This document shows positions 48,320 to 61,368 of a stretch of DNA of 63,739 nucleotides, one piece after another. Both the position numbers and the translations under genes were made by a program. Source of the stretch: Gekko japonicus (lineage: Eukaryota); assembly GCF_001447785.1 (NCBI RefSeq), contig NW_015168098.1:62001-125739 (forward strand), read 5' to 3'. Below the pieces are notes generated by a model. It was not told the origin of the DNA, searched no databases, and was given only the letters and a program-made list of their open reading frames with translations. Numbering within the stretch: position 1 is the first letter of the stretch; each line of letters begins with the position of its first letter.

Positions 48320-49440
48320 TAAGAAGACAGGGGGGGGGGCTTGATATTGTTTGATGGCCAAGAAGCAGCAGCTTTACCAAACATTACCAAAACTGTGCTG
48401 GAGAGCGTTTGGTGTCTCTTATAGGACTATGTGGCTCCATAGTTAAGAACAGATCTACATTTGTGGTTCTGTGATTCTATATGAAGATGCCGGATAAACT
48501 TGCAAGTTTCTCAAGCACCCAGATGTTTTCTTTGACTTCGGAACCACTTGTCCAAACATTTTCCGCATGTGGAAAAGTCAGCATTTTAAATAAAAGTCTC
48601 CAACATCCTTTTCACTCAACAGGACAATTGTAACCTATGCAGCACTGACTACGCAGTTGCAGAGTATGGTCCTTTCTGCACTCTCCTTTTAATCCATGTT
48701 CACTGTGGTGTCCTCCAAGCACGAAAATTGAATTCAACCTTCTTTTTATTCCATTCCCCCCCTCTGCATGACATTACCTCAATTCAGTGGTCATCCTGCT
48801 GTTTTCCCGGGTTATTTGGATGGCGTTTTGCTGTGGACCTAAATTGCCTCAACTCAAACACTGAGTGGCAGGGGAATGTGGAAAAGACCCAAGTTTCCTG
48901 CCTGTAGAAAGACTCAGGTTCAACTCCTGGCACCTCCAGTTAAACGTTTTTGCAGGACTGGGAAAGACTTGGAAGGTAGCAAAAATGGACTGATGGCTTG
49001 ACTTAGTGTAAGGAACCAGATGACTGAATTCAGCTCTAGTCCACCATTTCACATGCTACTGCATGAGGGGTTGTGGGGTCCATAAGTCCGTAGCCTCCTG
49101 CAACAGCTTATGATGAGCCAAGAGACAGAGTGGAAAGTGATGGTGGTGGTAAGAATAATTTTAAGTTTCTCATCCTTGCTGTTTATACACTTTCTGCTCC
49201 AGTCCCACTGGCTAGTGGTGGCAGTGGTTGTGATGACGATCAAAGGAGAAGTCATGCAGAATGCACATCCATTCTCTGAGCAGTTTACCAACCAGCTGAT
49301 AGGAAGGTCAGAGCATTACCAGTCAGTTGGGGCCAGTATCTATGCGTAGGAATGCATTCATTCACAGTCTCACCAGCTTGCTCAGAGCAGGGAATGTTTG
49401 GAAGGGTTGCCTAGAAATCTAAAAAATAATGGGTGAAACC

Positions 49441-50130
49441 TTTATTTATTTATTTATTTATTTATTTCCAATTTATACCCCACCTTGCCGGTACAAACTG
49501 GCTCAAAGCGGCTTACATAAGTCAGAATACAATAAGATAAATAAATGCTATAAAATTCATAATAAAACAATTACATAAAGTGCTAGTACAAACAGTGTAA
49601 ACAGATGGCGGCAGTTTCCTGTACATGATCCAGTTAGAAAACACCATCCGATGTTGTAACAGGGGCATGGCATATTCAACTTATGATGGTACATTCATCA
49701 GTAGCGGCTCCTAATCAAAGGCCTGGTGGAAGAGCTCCGTTTTACAGGCCCTGCGGAACTGTAAAAGGTCCCACAGGGCCCTGATGTCTTCTGGGAGCTC
49801 ATTCCATCAGTGTGGAGCCACCACTGAAAAGGTCCTGGCCCTTGTTATGGCTGGTCTGGCATATTTTGGGCCAGGGAGAGTCAGGAGATTTTGCGTTCCC
49901 GACCTCAGTGCTCTGTGGGGCACATATGGGGAAAGGCAGTACCTCAGGTTGGCAGGCCCCCGACCATATAGGGCTTTAAAGGTCAAAACCAGCACCTTGA
50001 AACGAATCCAGTATGCTATTGGCAGCCAGTACAATGCCTTCAGCACAGGCTGGATGTGATCTCGTGTAGAGAACCCCATCAACAGCCTGGCTGCCGCATT
50101 TCACACCAGCTGCAGCTTTCGGATTTGAGA
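49441..50130 (-). mobile_element. L2-clade LINE 3' fragment
   Basis: KLQLV, HIQPVLKALYWLPIAYWIRFKVLVLTFKAL; (TAAA)n tail at 49441-49467. Confidence 0.85.
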
Positions 50131-51180
50131 CAAGGACAACCTTGTTACAATATCAAGTTGTGGTATCTGTGGAAGCACAGAAATCATTAATTCACATCGC
50201 CANNNNNNNNNNNNNNNNNNNNNNNNNNNATATATATATATATGGATTTTTTGTGTGTGACAAATCTCCCTATTCCATACCTGGCCCAATTGTGTGGCTG
50301 TTTTGATCTTCACACTATAGGCCAAGCTCAGGATCTGACAAAGCAACCAATACAGATAGTTGGGTCAGTGTATAGTAGCTAAAGTATTGAGTCATAGGGC
50401 TCCTCAAAAAAGTAACAAATGCATTGTATTTAGATACCATTGTGATTATTGTTATAGCTACATGTAAATGATATTATCAATAGAATCATTATATCAGAAT
50501 CCCAGCATAAAAAGGGGGGGTGTCCCGGGTGTTCTAAGCAGAAGGCTCTAGATAATCACACCTTAACATTTAAGGAAAAGATTCTAGGTAGGCATTACAG
50601 GGAAACACCACTTGGGACAATACTAACTGAACAAGAGAACTGCACGTGTGTTTGGCAAGGGACGTTGGAAATGTGTGACTTTGAACAATGAACTTTAAAC
50701 AGCTGGTTTTATTTTTAGATGTGCTAGTGGGTTTGAGCACTTTTTGTGTGAGGATTTGGAATGAAGTTCCTTGACCCCATGTGCTTGTTTCTTATAAACA
50801 GACTCCCCCTTTAGTGCTTTAAATCAAGGGAAGTCACTAGCCAGGTCGCATTGTCCATCCAACGTCCCACCTATTTTGAGTTTTTTGGGTGAGTTCTTCT
50901 GTAACCACATGTTAAATCGGAGGGTAGCTGGATTGGTCTGCAGTTGGAAAGCTAGTCAAGTCCTGTAGCACATTAGAGATCAATACAATATGAGGTTTTT
51001 GAGCTTTCAGGTGTGAAATCTTTCACCCTCAAACCTTGCTGGTGTCAAACAAGCTATGGGACTGAAATCTGGCTATTTTTAATGTCATGGTTACATAGAG
51101 GCTGGAATTTATTGACAAACTACTACAAATGTTAATGTCAATCATTTTCGTCCACTTTTTATACCTTATCTAGAGCAAAC

Positions 51181-52134
51181 ATGAAATGCAATGAAACCAC
51201 AATGAGTGAATTCATACTTCAGGGATTCACTGACATTCGTGAACTGCAGCTGTTGTTGTTCACCATCCTGTTATTTTCGTACCTCCTGACGATCGCTGGA
51301 AACACTGCCATTATCACCATTTCTCATATCGATCACCGACTACATACCCCAATGTATTTTTTTCTTTGGAATTTCTCACTCATAGAAATCGGCTTCACCA
51401 CGGCTATTGTTCCCCAAACTTTGACTCAGCTGGCAACGGGAAATAAGAAGATTTCGTATCTTGGTTGCATGTTACAATCTTTCTTGTACTTCCAACTAGG
51501 CACCTCTGAGTTCTTCCTCTTAGCTGTTATGTCGTTTGATCGATATGCGGCCATTTGCAGTCCCTTGCACTATCCAACCATCATGAACAATCGTATCTGT
51601 ACTACTCTGGTTCTGATTTCTTGGCTCGGCAGTTTTCTCCTAATCATTGGTCCATCATTACTTTTCCTCCAGATTCCCATGTGTGGTCCAAATATCCTTA
51701 ACCATTTCTTCTGTGACAACACACCTTTGATCAAAATCCTTTGTGGTGACACACGGCTGCTAAGGTTCCTGGGATTTGTTACAGCCGTGTTTTCTGTCCT
51801 GGGCAGCTTGAGCATTACGGTGGTATCCTACATCAATATCATCAAAACTGTCTTACGTATCCCTTCTGCTACAGGGAGACAGAAGACCTTCTCTACCTGT
51901 GCCTCTCACTTCATTGTGGTCTCCATCACCTACGGGAGCTGTATATTCCTATATATAAAACCAACCCAGAACAGCAGATTAGAGCTTGGCAAAATGGTGG
52001 CCATCCTCAACACCATGGTATCCCCTTTGCTCAACCCCTTCATATACTGCTTGAGGAACAAACAGGTCCAGCAAGCCTGGAAAGATGCCTTGGTAAAATT
52101 CACTGCCATTATTAAAGGAACAGGAAAACCCTGA
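51181..52134 (+). CDS. Olfactory receptor, class II, family 6-like, intact single coding exon, 317 aa
   Basis: N-glycosylation site NET, LHTPMYFFL, MSFDRYAAICSPLHY, KTFSTCASH, SPLLNPFIYCLRN; polypyrimidine/AG acceptor just upstream of the ATG. Confidence 0.96.
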   Translation: MKCNETTMSEFILQGFTDIRELQLLLFTILLFSYLLTIAGNTAIITISHIDHRLHTPMYFFLWNFSLIEIGFTTAIVPQTLTQLATGNKKISYLGCMLQSFLYFQLGTSEFFLLAVMSFDRYAAICSPLHYPTIMNNRICTTLVLISWLGSFLLIIGPSLLFLQIPMCGPNILNHFFCDNTPLIKILCGDTRLLRFLGFVTAVFSVLGSLSITVVSYINIIKTVLRIPSATGRQKTFSTCASHFIVVSITYGSCIFLYIKPTQNSRLELGKMVAILNTMVSPLLNPFIYCLRNKQVQQAWKDALVKFTAIIKGTGKP

Positions 52135-54429
52135 CAAGACAAAGAGGTGGAAAAGATACATTACACTGGGGCAGAATGGATACAGAAAATGGCAGTACGC
52201 AAGTGTGTCTTTGGCTTTGCTGAAACACTGCTGGATCAAATGGAAATATTGGGCTGGATCCTGATGAAACTTGTCATTAAGGGAGGACATTTCCATCCCT
52301 GTGCTAAAACTTTCCCTCCTCCTCCTCCCACGGCAGCCCACTGATCCCCCCCCCAAATGCTTCTCCTATGGGAAATAAGCAGGATGCAGTGGCAATGTGG
52401 TAGCAGAAAGATTTGATTCCATCAATTGAAAAAGTCTTCCAATGACTGAAACTGAATTTTGGGTCCAACTCATTGTATTACTTGCATTACTATTAACTGT
52501 TTGCCTGTTGCCAGAGTGCAATGATTTCCAAATGGCCTAGCTGGACTGAGTCCTTTGCAGATTCCATGGTATGTCCAAGAACACCTCTGTGTTGCAGAAG
52601 GATCTGGGGGTAAGTGTTCATCCTTGGCTACAGATGCACTCTTGGTCTCTTGGAGAGTTCCATCACACCATGTGAACTGAGACTGTACCTTCAATATGAA
52701 TAACATAAATAAATATTTTAAAATATACCTAACGTTAAAAATATACCCAACATTGCATTGTAATTGCGTATTGCATGGGTTAGTCAGTGCTAACATCAGC
52801 TGTCTTTTAGAGAAGGTTGTCTGCCAACATTTATTGTATCTTTGAAAATAAGGACCACTTTCTCCTGTATGAAGCTACCCATTCAGTTGAGTCATCTTTG
52901 GAGGCCCTGTTACTGGTGCCCCTGTCAACCGAGCCTAGATGGGTGGCTACCAAAGAAAGAGCTTTCTTGGTCATGGCACCAAAACTTTTGAACTTCCTCA
53001 CAAGAGAGTTCTGTCTGTTTCTTTCAATTGGTCATTTCCACCAGTGGGTGCAGTATTTTTGTTTTGTTTCATTTGGCATACCCTCAATAATGAGTATTCA
53101 CAATCCTCCCTGGTTCTGGTGTTGTAAGTTTATGTGCTTTAATTGAATTATTTTATACTTTTAGATGTTGCTTTTAATGGCTGAAATGTTTTAATGTTCT
53201 CATGTCCTGCACTGAAAAACAGCAAACCATGTCCATGTGCTCCGTTTGGAGACTGTGTGAAGCTCTGAAGGAGATTTTTGTGTGTGAAGACTGTGTGAAG
53301 CTCTGTAGGAGGTTCTTTCAATGCTTCAAAATGGCATCTGGGATTGATTTTCTCTCCAAAACATCCTTTTCTCACAAACAAATAATAAATGTGCTGTCCG
53401 GATAAAACTTCAGCTCTTGCGAACAACTTCTATGTAGAAGAAAGTTCTTTTTTTCTTTTTTTCTTTTTTTCTTTAGTGGTCCTTTTTCATTTAAATAAAA
53501 TAACTTCTTGGTGAGGGTGGTATGGAATATTATGAGAAACAGGATGGAGGGCTGAATAGAGGGAAGAAAAGTCCAATAGGAATGCTGATAATGGCTAATC
53601 GTGGCATACTAATTGCTAATCACATCATTAGATCCCCTCTGAGGTGTTTCCCAGAAGGTAAGTTTCTATACCAATCAACAGCAAATCAAATCCCTAGATT
53701 GCTTGGTATTGAACTTATGATACTGCAAAGGTGGTGGCCGTATTTGCTTGAGGGTCATTGTCTGAGTGAGGAATTCTCAAATGTCAGAGAACGAGAATGG
53801 GAAAGAGATAAAAGGTGCAATCTTGTGTCTACAATCAGTAAAGGGTTGTAGCCTCTATTTCCCAATTGGACATCAAAAGAGAAAAAATAGAAAAGTGTCA
53901 CTGTGCAAGCTTTCTGCCGTGAACGTGGAACTGTGAATAGGGCTGCTCACATGGTGTCTCTCTGGGAAAACTACAGTCACTCCCTCCGGCCTGGGTGCTG
54001 TTGAAAGGGGGAGAGATTAGAGGCCCTTTCTGGAGGTTGAAGATGGAGACACTCCCAAAGTACCATGCAGACACCCAACTGTTGAAAAGATAGCATAACC
54101 CAGTGATGGCAAATGATGTCATGTGCCACTATTCATTTGACAGCCATGTGATTGTATGTGGTACTCTGGGACCTGCCTCAGTTTTACCCTCTGTGATGTG
54201 AACCTTTTGTATGTGTTTTATTCCTATGTTTTCATGCAGAGTTTTAAATGTATGCGTCTGTGCTCTAAGATAAAGCTGTGTAGCTAGGCCTATTTAAAGA
54301 ATCATTAGACTTATGCACATATCTGAAGCCATTATATTTATTAACCATACAGAAACCATAACACTGTTATACATATAAATAAATAAACTCTATTCATGTT
54401 TACAAAAAAAAATGTTTATTTTACAGAGC

Positions 54430-54513
54430 AAAGTTTGAGTCAAGTGGCACCTCTAAGACCAACAACCTTTTATTCCTGGTATTAGCTTTTTTGTGCACAC
54501 ACACTTCTTCAGA
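54430..54513 (-). mobile_element. Penelope pLTR / hammerhead remnant, same family as 37957-38166 (related copies near 43677-43733, 34425-34510, 44250-44330, 20440-20560, 47020-47205, 50925-51070)
   Basis: Shared gagtc.agtggcacct.taagaccaac...agcttt..tgtgc..gcacacttcttcaga motif. Confidence 0.65.
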
Positions 54514-54681
54514 TTTTACAGTATAAGATCCCCTTTTACCTCACAGCCACCCCCATGCAGTAGACTTTCTGTCATTCTACCATATATATCCATATTCCAT
54601 ATTCAACTAAACCATAGTCCCTAGTTACAAATAATAGGAATCCTAACCCCTTTGGTTCCTTCTCCTTATTAATTCATCTTT

Positions 54682-54878
54682 CACACATGAAGCTGCCTAA
54701 TACTGAATCAGACCACTGGTCCATCAAGATCAACATTGTCTACTTAGACTGGCAGCAGCTCTCAAGGGTCTCAGGTGGGGTCTTCCACATCACCTGCTGC
54801 CTGGTTCTTTTTAACTGGATTGGACCTGGGACCCCTTGCACAACAAGAAGATGTTCTTCCACTGAGCCATGCCCCTCT
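54682..54878 (-). mobile_element. tRNA-derived SINE (Squam2-like) inserted in the V2R-E coding exon; related copies near 39970-40170 (minus) and 48880-49030 (plus)
   Basis: ggggcatggctcagtgg head, gatggacc.gtggtctgattcagtat.aggcagctt tail; splits RPELNR from KDELIRRRNQRG*. Confidence 0.85.
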
Positions 54879-55750
54879 CCTGTTCAGCTCAGGCCTAAGC
54901 ACAATAATGTAGCACTTGGGAACAAAGATACAGCCCAGTAACCCAGTGCTGGAGACCAAGATGCAGAAGATCTCCATGGCTACCGTGGATTTCCCTTTTG
55001 TGCTCAGATAGGCTGGAATAAAAGACAACCAGACACTGCAAAAGATGAGCATACTGAAAGTGATGAACTTGGCTTCATTAAAAGTGTCCGGCAACTTCCT
55101 GGCAAAGAAGGCCACAATCAAGCTGATGAGGGACAGAAGTCCTAGGTAGCTGAGGACAACATAAAAGAAAGGAACGGAGCCTTCGTTACATTCTGCCACA
55201 ATTTCTTCCTTCAGCGACTGCGAGTCGAAATCTGGGAATGGGGGAGAGGCTCCCAACCACAGCAGGCAAATTGCAGCTTGAACGAGAGAGCAGGAAATGA
55301 CAATGGAGTTGGTCAGAGTCTTCCCTGCCCACCTCCTCGTGCAGGATCCTGGCTGGGTGGCCATGAAAGCCACAATCACAGTGACGGTTTTGGCCAACAC
55401 ACAAGAAACAGCCCCTGAGAAGATGAGGGCAAAAGCTGATTGCCGAAATAAGCAGGTCTCCTTCCTCGGTCTTCCGAGGAACAATAACGAAGAAAGGAAG
55501 CAGAGCAGGAGAGCAATCAGAAGAATGTAGGTGATATTCCGGTTGTTGGCTTTTACTATGGGAGTATCTCTGTGTTTAATGAAAATTATTAGTACCACAG
55601 CTGTGAACAGGGAGAAAGAAACAGCAAACGAAGCCAAGCTGAATCCTAAAGTTTCTTCAAAGGACAGGAAGGTTATTGACTTAAGAATGCACCCATCTTG
55701 GTCCTTGCTGGGATATTGAGATTGTGGGCATTTGATGCAGTCATCCATGT
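54771..55750 (-). CDS. V2R-E exon 6 (7TM domain plus SINE-derived tail)
   Basis: ORF 54771-55748; V2R homology ends at RPELNR and the frame continues 36 codons into a SINE. Confidence 0.92.
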
Positions 55751-58474
55751 CTGGAAGGAAGAAGGTGTGTGTGGGGGAATCATATCAGCAATAAATGCAC
55801 ATCTTACATCTGATCACTATTGCTCATTTTGAGGTGTGAGCAATGCAGTAAATGTTACTCGTGTTAATTTTGTACTGCTTATTCTCTGTTTTCTGAATAG
55901 CAAGTTGAATATTTTCACTCCTGCTGTTAATTATTACTATGATTACCGGTGATATTAACATTACTATTGAGCTGTATTGATTTTAGTGATTTCTTGTATA
56001 TCCTTTATTCATGTGAGCAACTGTAAAAGAATGTCAATGTGGTTTTCGGTCTCTGTAAGCAACTAGGGCATTTTTTTTTCCATAAAGAAACATATAACTG
56101 CACAGGACTCTGCTTATGTTAACTTGTCTTTTAAAGCAGAATGTTCAATATTGCAGCTACTTGGGGTAGCTGGGAAAATGTCAGGTGTTTCATGATGCTG
56201 CTGAAACTGTTGTTAGTTCAGAATATGCAATTCTGTGGTTTATACTTGCCTCCAATCACCACCCAAGCCAAGTCCAGAGTTCAACTGCTGGGAAAACTGC
56301 TATTTCTAATAATAATGCTTGAGCTTTGCCTTATTACACTTATTGTGAAATCCTAAACAGAGTTATACCCTTCTGAGTACATTGACTGCAATCCTTTTAG
56401 AAGGAAGTAAGTTTGTTTAGAATTGCACTGTCATGCATAGGAGATTGCCCAGATCTTTCCAGAGATTAGTTAATACATCCTTAAAATCAGCAGTAGTTCA
56501 CATCACCTTGAGGCTGTGAATCACAGTAGATGTCAACAACTGTTGGTAATTGACAAATACCAATATCCTGATGCTCTAGTCTGTGGTGGGGCAACACCTC
56601 CAAGGTTGTTTGAATGAGATGTAGTAACTCGACCCATATCTTTCAGTGCCCTTTAAGATACAATTCTGACTAAGATGGATGTGATGAGATCCAGGATTAA
56701 TGCAGCCCTGTGCTACATATCCCAGGGGCCAGTTGACCAGATGAGAAATTGATGCTGATGGACACTAGATCAGATCACTGACACTTTGCTTGGAGAGTCC
56801 CACAGGGTTCCTGCTTTTTTCTCTATGCTATTTTGTGTTTACATGGTTTGCTGGAAAGCCTCATCTAGAAATTTGGAGAGAATAGGGGTGTCTGGCACAG
56901 CCTGGCAATGGATGAAAGATCGGGGGCAGGGACACTGGGGTAGCCATCAGCCAAAGGGAAGACCTGAAAGACCCAGAAGTGACATCATGCCTCTCTAGGA
57001 ATTGGCAAAAACTCTATGGAAAAACAATCAAGTTTTTAGTGATTCCTAGAGAGTATGGACATCACTTCCAGGTTTTCTCCAGAAGCTATGTCCATCCTCT
57101 CTAGGAACTGCTAATTCTGGCCAATTCCTAGAGAGGTGTGTCATCACTTCTGGGGTTTCCCAAAAGTGATGTTATGCCACCAGCTGAAAGCCATTTATTT
57201 TCTGTTCTTTTCCCCCCATTGGGAGATGGCAACCCTAATTTGTTGGACAGGCATAAGAATTCATGTTCTAAGCACCCCCCGGTTTGACTAGGGCTCTAAA
57301 TTCTACATCTGAATGCTTCTAATGATGTTGTTTATGTTTCAGTTGGTGTTAAGCAATGCTGCAAAATTCCCTACTGGAACAAGTGGCCAATAATATTTCT
57401 CTCTAGGTCTAAATGAATGCCACTGGATGCTTATTTGCTTTCCATTTATGGGCATATGTGAAAGTAGCGGTCAGTACTTTTAAACCCCTGAACATTCTGG
57501 AATAGGATATGTAATGGACAACACTCAGCTTCCAACTCTGTCTGCTTATCATCAGTTAAGATATCCTGTAGGGGCCCTGCTTCGAGTGCACCTTTAAAGA
57601 ACAAGTGATGGTCACTAGAGAGAGGGTATTTTCCATGGTGGCAGCACAACTCTTCTGAGATACAAATGATACCAACCACAGTTCCACAAAATAGTGACAC
57701 AATTTTTTGGTAAGTTGGTGGTGGAAATCACAGGAGACTTATGACAACCCTATAAGTTTTTCGAGACAAAAGATGTTCAGAGCTGGTTTGCCATTGGCTG
57801 CCTCCATGTCACAACCCTGGTCTCCTTGGAGTTCTCTAATCCAAATACTAGCTAGGGCCAACCCTGCTCAGCTTCTGAGATTCTGATGAGATGGGGCTAT
57901 CCTGGGCTATCCATGGGATTTTATTAAATTAACATGTGGAAAATGCATCAACCCAGAATGCTGGTTCACTACATCACCTACCCTTCTGGTTTGAAATCTT
58001 CCCTTCCGGACATGGTGCACAATTATAGCAACAAAATGTCGCCCCTTCCTTCTTTTTCTTCTGATAGCCAGGGTAGCAGTAATCATTGCACACAGAAATG
58101 GGGACACCCTATCCAAAAATAGGAAGGTGGCTTAATGCAGGAGAAATAAGATATTATTTTATTGTTCAGTGGCACAATTAAAATAGAAGGAGAGTGAACA
58201 TTACACTCAGAACTATTAGGTAATACTCCCCCCAAGAAGGGGATGACAAAGAAGAAGAAGCTACTCAGCTAAGCCTCATCCTGGGGACTATATAAGTCTT
58301 CCAATTTCTAATGAAGGCATGGATAATTTTTTTGGCTGTGGAAAAATATGAAATTGTTTTAAAATGTTATAAAAATTAGTGACCCTCCTCGTTTTAATGA
58401 AACCTTTCTTGTAAGTGTTGAAATGCAAAATAGTGACCTGTCTTGATCACTGAGTCTTATCAAACATGAACAGA

Positions 58475-58529
<55 letters not shown>

Positions 58530-61368
58530 TCTGTCCGCGAGAGAGAGAGAGAGAGAGAGAGAGCGCCTTTCTCTGAACCCCACATCTAGAACAAGAAGTT
58601 GCTTTTTAAAAGACATTGGAATCCATACCTGGTTAAAACTGATTTGCCATACAATCATATTCTCATGAAGGATGAATTCTTGCCCTCCAGGTGTGTTGAG
58701 ATTTACCCTTCCAATGTTCACCCTTTTGAATGACTTGTTGGGGAATGTTACTAAGTTCATTATATCGAATCCACCTCCCATTTCCCACTTATCATTAAAA
58801 AACAATTTTTCTCCAGCTGAGTTGTTGAATGTAATGCCTTGTAGAAAAGGATGGACCTAATTGAAAGGGGAAAACAAAGGATCCCAGTAGAGACTTAATG
58901 TTGAGGTATACCAATGTTACACTGCCATGTCTTTTCAGATAGACCCAGCCTGTTAATAGTTATTTTTCATTTGTAGAAGATTGACAGTGCACAGTGTAAT
59001 TTTTTCCATGCTCCAAATATCACAAGAAATAGTAATGCACAACATGTTGTCATCAAATTATTTATTTATTCTTGAACCAGTTAGGAAAAGTTGAATATTG
59101 TCTCATTGTAGGCTGCGGTCAGATGACAGGGTTGGAGTATTCTAGCCTGACCTCTAATTTATCTGTTTTGTTTATAACAGAGAGTTTTGATCAGACATCC
59201 CACCCTGAACCAGCTTCACTGTGCTCTCACTCCGTGGTAGACCATTCAGATTATTGCTGTGCTGTAACCACAGAGTGGGCTGTCAGGTAGCATCCTTTTT
59301 AAAAATTGTCTTTCATGCATGCACAGAAGCATTATTTCGATGCTCCACTCCATTTTGACAGCTCCGCAATCCCTCCGCCAAGTACTGCAGCCCCTCTCAG
59401 CTTCCTTCACCTCTTCCTTGGAATACATGAGGGGAATGCAATTTTATGCAAGAGTAGTCCCATTGATTTTGATATTTACTCTTGTGTCAATCATGGGATG
59501 CTCTCAAACAGCAACTTTGAAGCAGAAAACAGGAGAGATGGGGGGGGGTTTGGGGGGGAGGGTGTTGTAACTCAAAAACAACTCCCTAAGGGCTCCCAAT
59601 CCAGAATGACTATTTAGCTACTTGGACATACAAGTGGTGATTGACAGTGCCGGGGGTGATTATGCACTCATGTACACATCACTAGCTGACTTTTAAAAAC
59701 CCAGCAAAACTGGAGGGTTCACACTTCCCATTCGGATTGAGTTTGCAGTAGGGGAGTTCAGACAACTGGAAATGTGGAGTAAAGTGGTGACATCCATAAA
59801 GACTGGTGTCAAAGAAGATGCTGCTGTCTGATTGGGCATTTTAAATCCAGAAGGGAACAGCAGTGAGATGGGATCAAACTGCTTGTCTGACTGCAGCTTT
59901 ATATTAACATAGTCATGACAACAGACATGTCCCTGGTTAGCCATTACCTGCCAAGGGTGGAAATCTTGGGGTCTAACTCTTTGACCACCATCCATTGCTC
60001 TGTGATTGGATCTGGATGAGTACAAAGAATGGACAGCATGCCCTATGGCATAGACCGCATTGTAGATGCTGTAGCTGTGACCACTCATATGCATTTCGAA
60101 TAGGGGCCCAGGAAGACTCTCCAGCCTCTCATCTCCGGTACATAATTCACTGATGTTCCTTGTCTCCTGGGGATTCGGATAGTAACAGTCAAATGCTTGC
60201 TCCCAGAAGTCCTTGAGAAAACCATTTCCTTGTTTCTGATGAGGCTTTCTGTCTTGAAGAAAGTTCTGGAAGCCATGGATCTCATTTGAGTGAATTGTGA
60301 AGGAAATGGTCCCATGGAAAAACTGGAAATCCCAGGCTCTGTGAAGGCCAGTTAGTGCAAAATCAACTTGGGCTGTCATAATCCACACTTTCCGAAGTGA
60401 TGTCTTTTCCTTATAGCTGGGATCACCAAGAGATAACAGGGTATTAAGAAATATAAGGACTGTGGATTCCCCATAGAGAATAAATATATTGGCACTGCTG
60501 TCTCTAAAAGCTAAGCGTGCACTTAAAATGAAATCAGTGACATCATCCATGTCATTCCAGTGGTCTTTGGTTAGGATTCTCTGTACGAAAGCCAAACAGA
60601 TTTCACTTTGAAATAACAATGGCTCCATGACCTGCACAAAATGCTCCCCACTGTCATCATCCACAGCTAGAAGCCCAACCCATGTCCATTGGAAATGCTG
60701 CAGTAACCGAAGAATACCGATGTACTGCTCAACTTCACTTGGAACCACTCGGTAAAAAGAAGATGACAGGTGTGTGATCTTCTCTGGGGCAAATGAGCCA
60801 TATGTGAGCTAAAATAGAAAAGGAAATATAAGAACTGATAGAGATGTAATAGAAAAAGAAATGTGGGAGAAAAGGGAAAATAAGAGATTAATTAGAAGGA
60901 GAGTCTCACAACTCTATTTCATGAATATGTGGTGAAGGAAAGTGTCGTGGCTGAATTGTCTCCGATAATGTGAATATGGTGATTTGATTCAAATCTCTTC
61001 CTTAAACACATGGTGACTACAGGAAGGATAGTTTATCATTTGTGAAATCACTCATTCCTCCATACACAAATCTTGCCTGTGGAATCTTGTAAACCCTTAG
61101 AATTTCTGATATGTAGAAGGACATCGCTGAACTGTATCCCCCAATGATGGCTGCTATGTTTTTGCTGGTGTCACATTCATAGTTTGGAAAATATCTATGC
61201 AGCTTATACAGCAAATCCATGGTGGTGCGATAGGTCATCCTCATGTCATGGTAACTGTCGTAGATGTGGAATCCAACTGTGATATTTGGCAAGATCTTGG
61301 AATTGGCGTTGATCTCGTTTATGGCAAACACCAAGGCCATGATGTGCTGGTAGAATTTTGTCACCATG
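54771..61368 (-). CDS. V2R-E: exons 2-6 of a V2R (exon 1 not seen in window); C-terminus SINE-derived
   Basis: Exons 61077-61368 (GC donor), 59948-60808, 58629-58856, 57982-58108, 54771-55750 are all open and in phase. Confidence 0.87.
57982..58108 (-). CDS. V2R-E exon 5
   Basis: [42 protein letters not shown]; 127 bp. Confidence 0.9.
58629..58856 (-). CDS. V2R-E exon 4
   Basis: [27 protein letters not shown]; 228 bp. Confidence 0.9.
59948..60808 (-). CDS. V2R-E exon 3
   Basis: [26 protein letters not shown]; 861 bp. Confidence 0.93.
61077..61368 (-). CDS. V2R-E exon 2
   Basis: [24 protein letters not shown]; 292 bp; donor CAG|GCAAGA. Confidence 0.88.
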
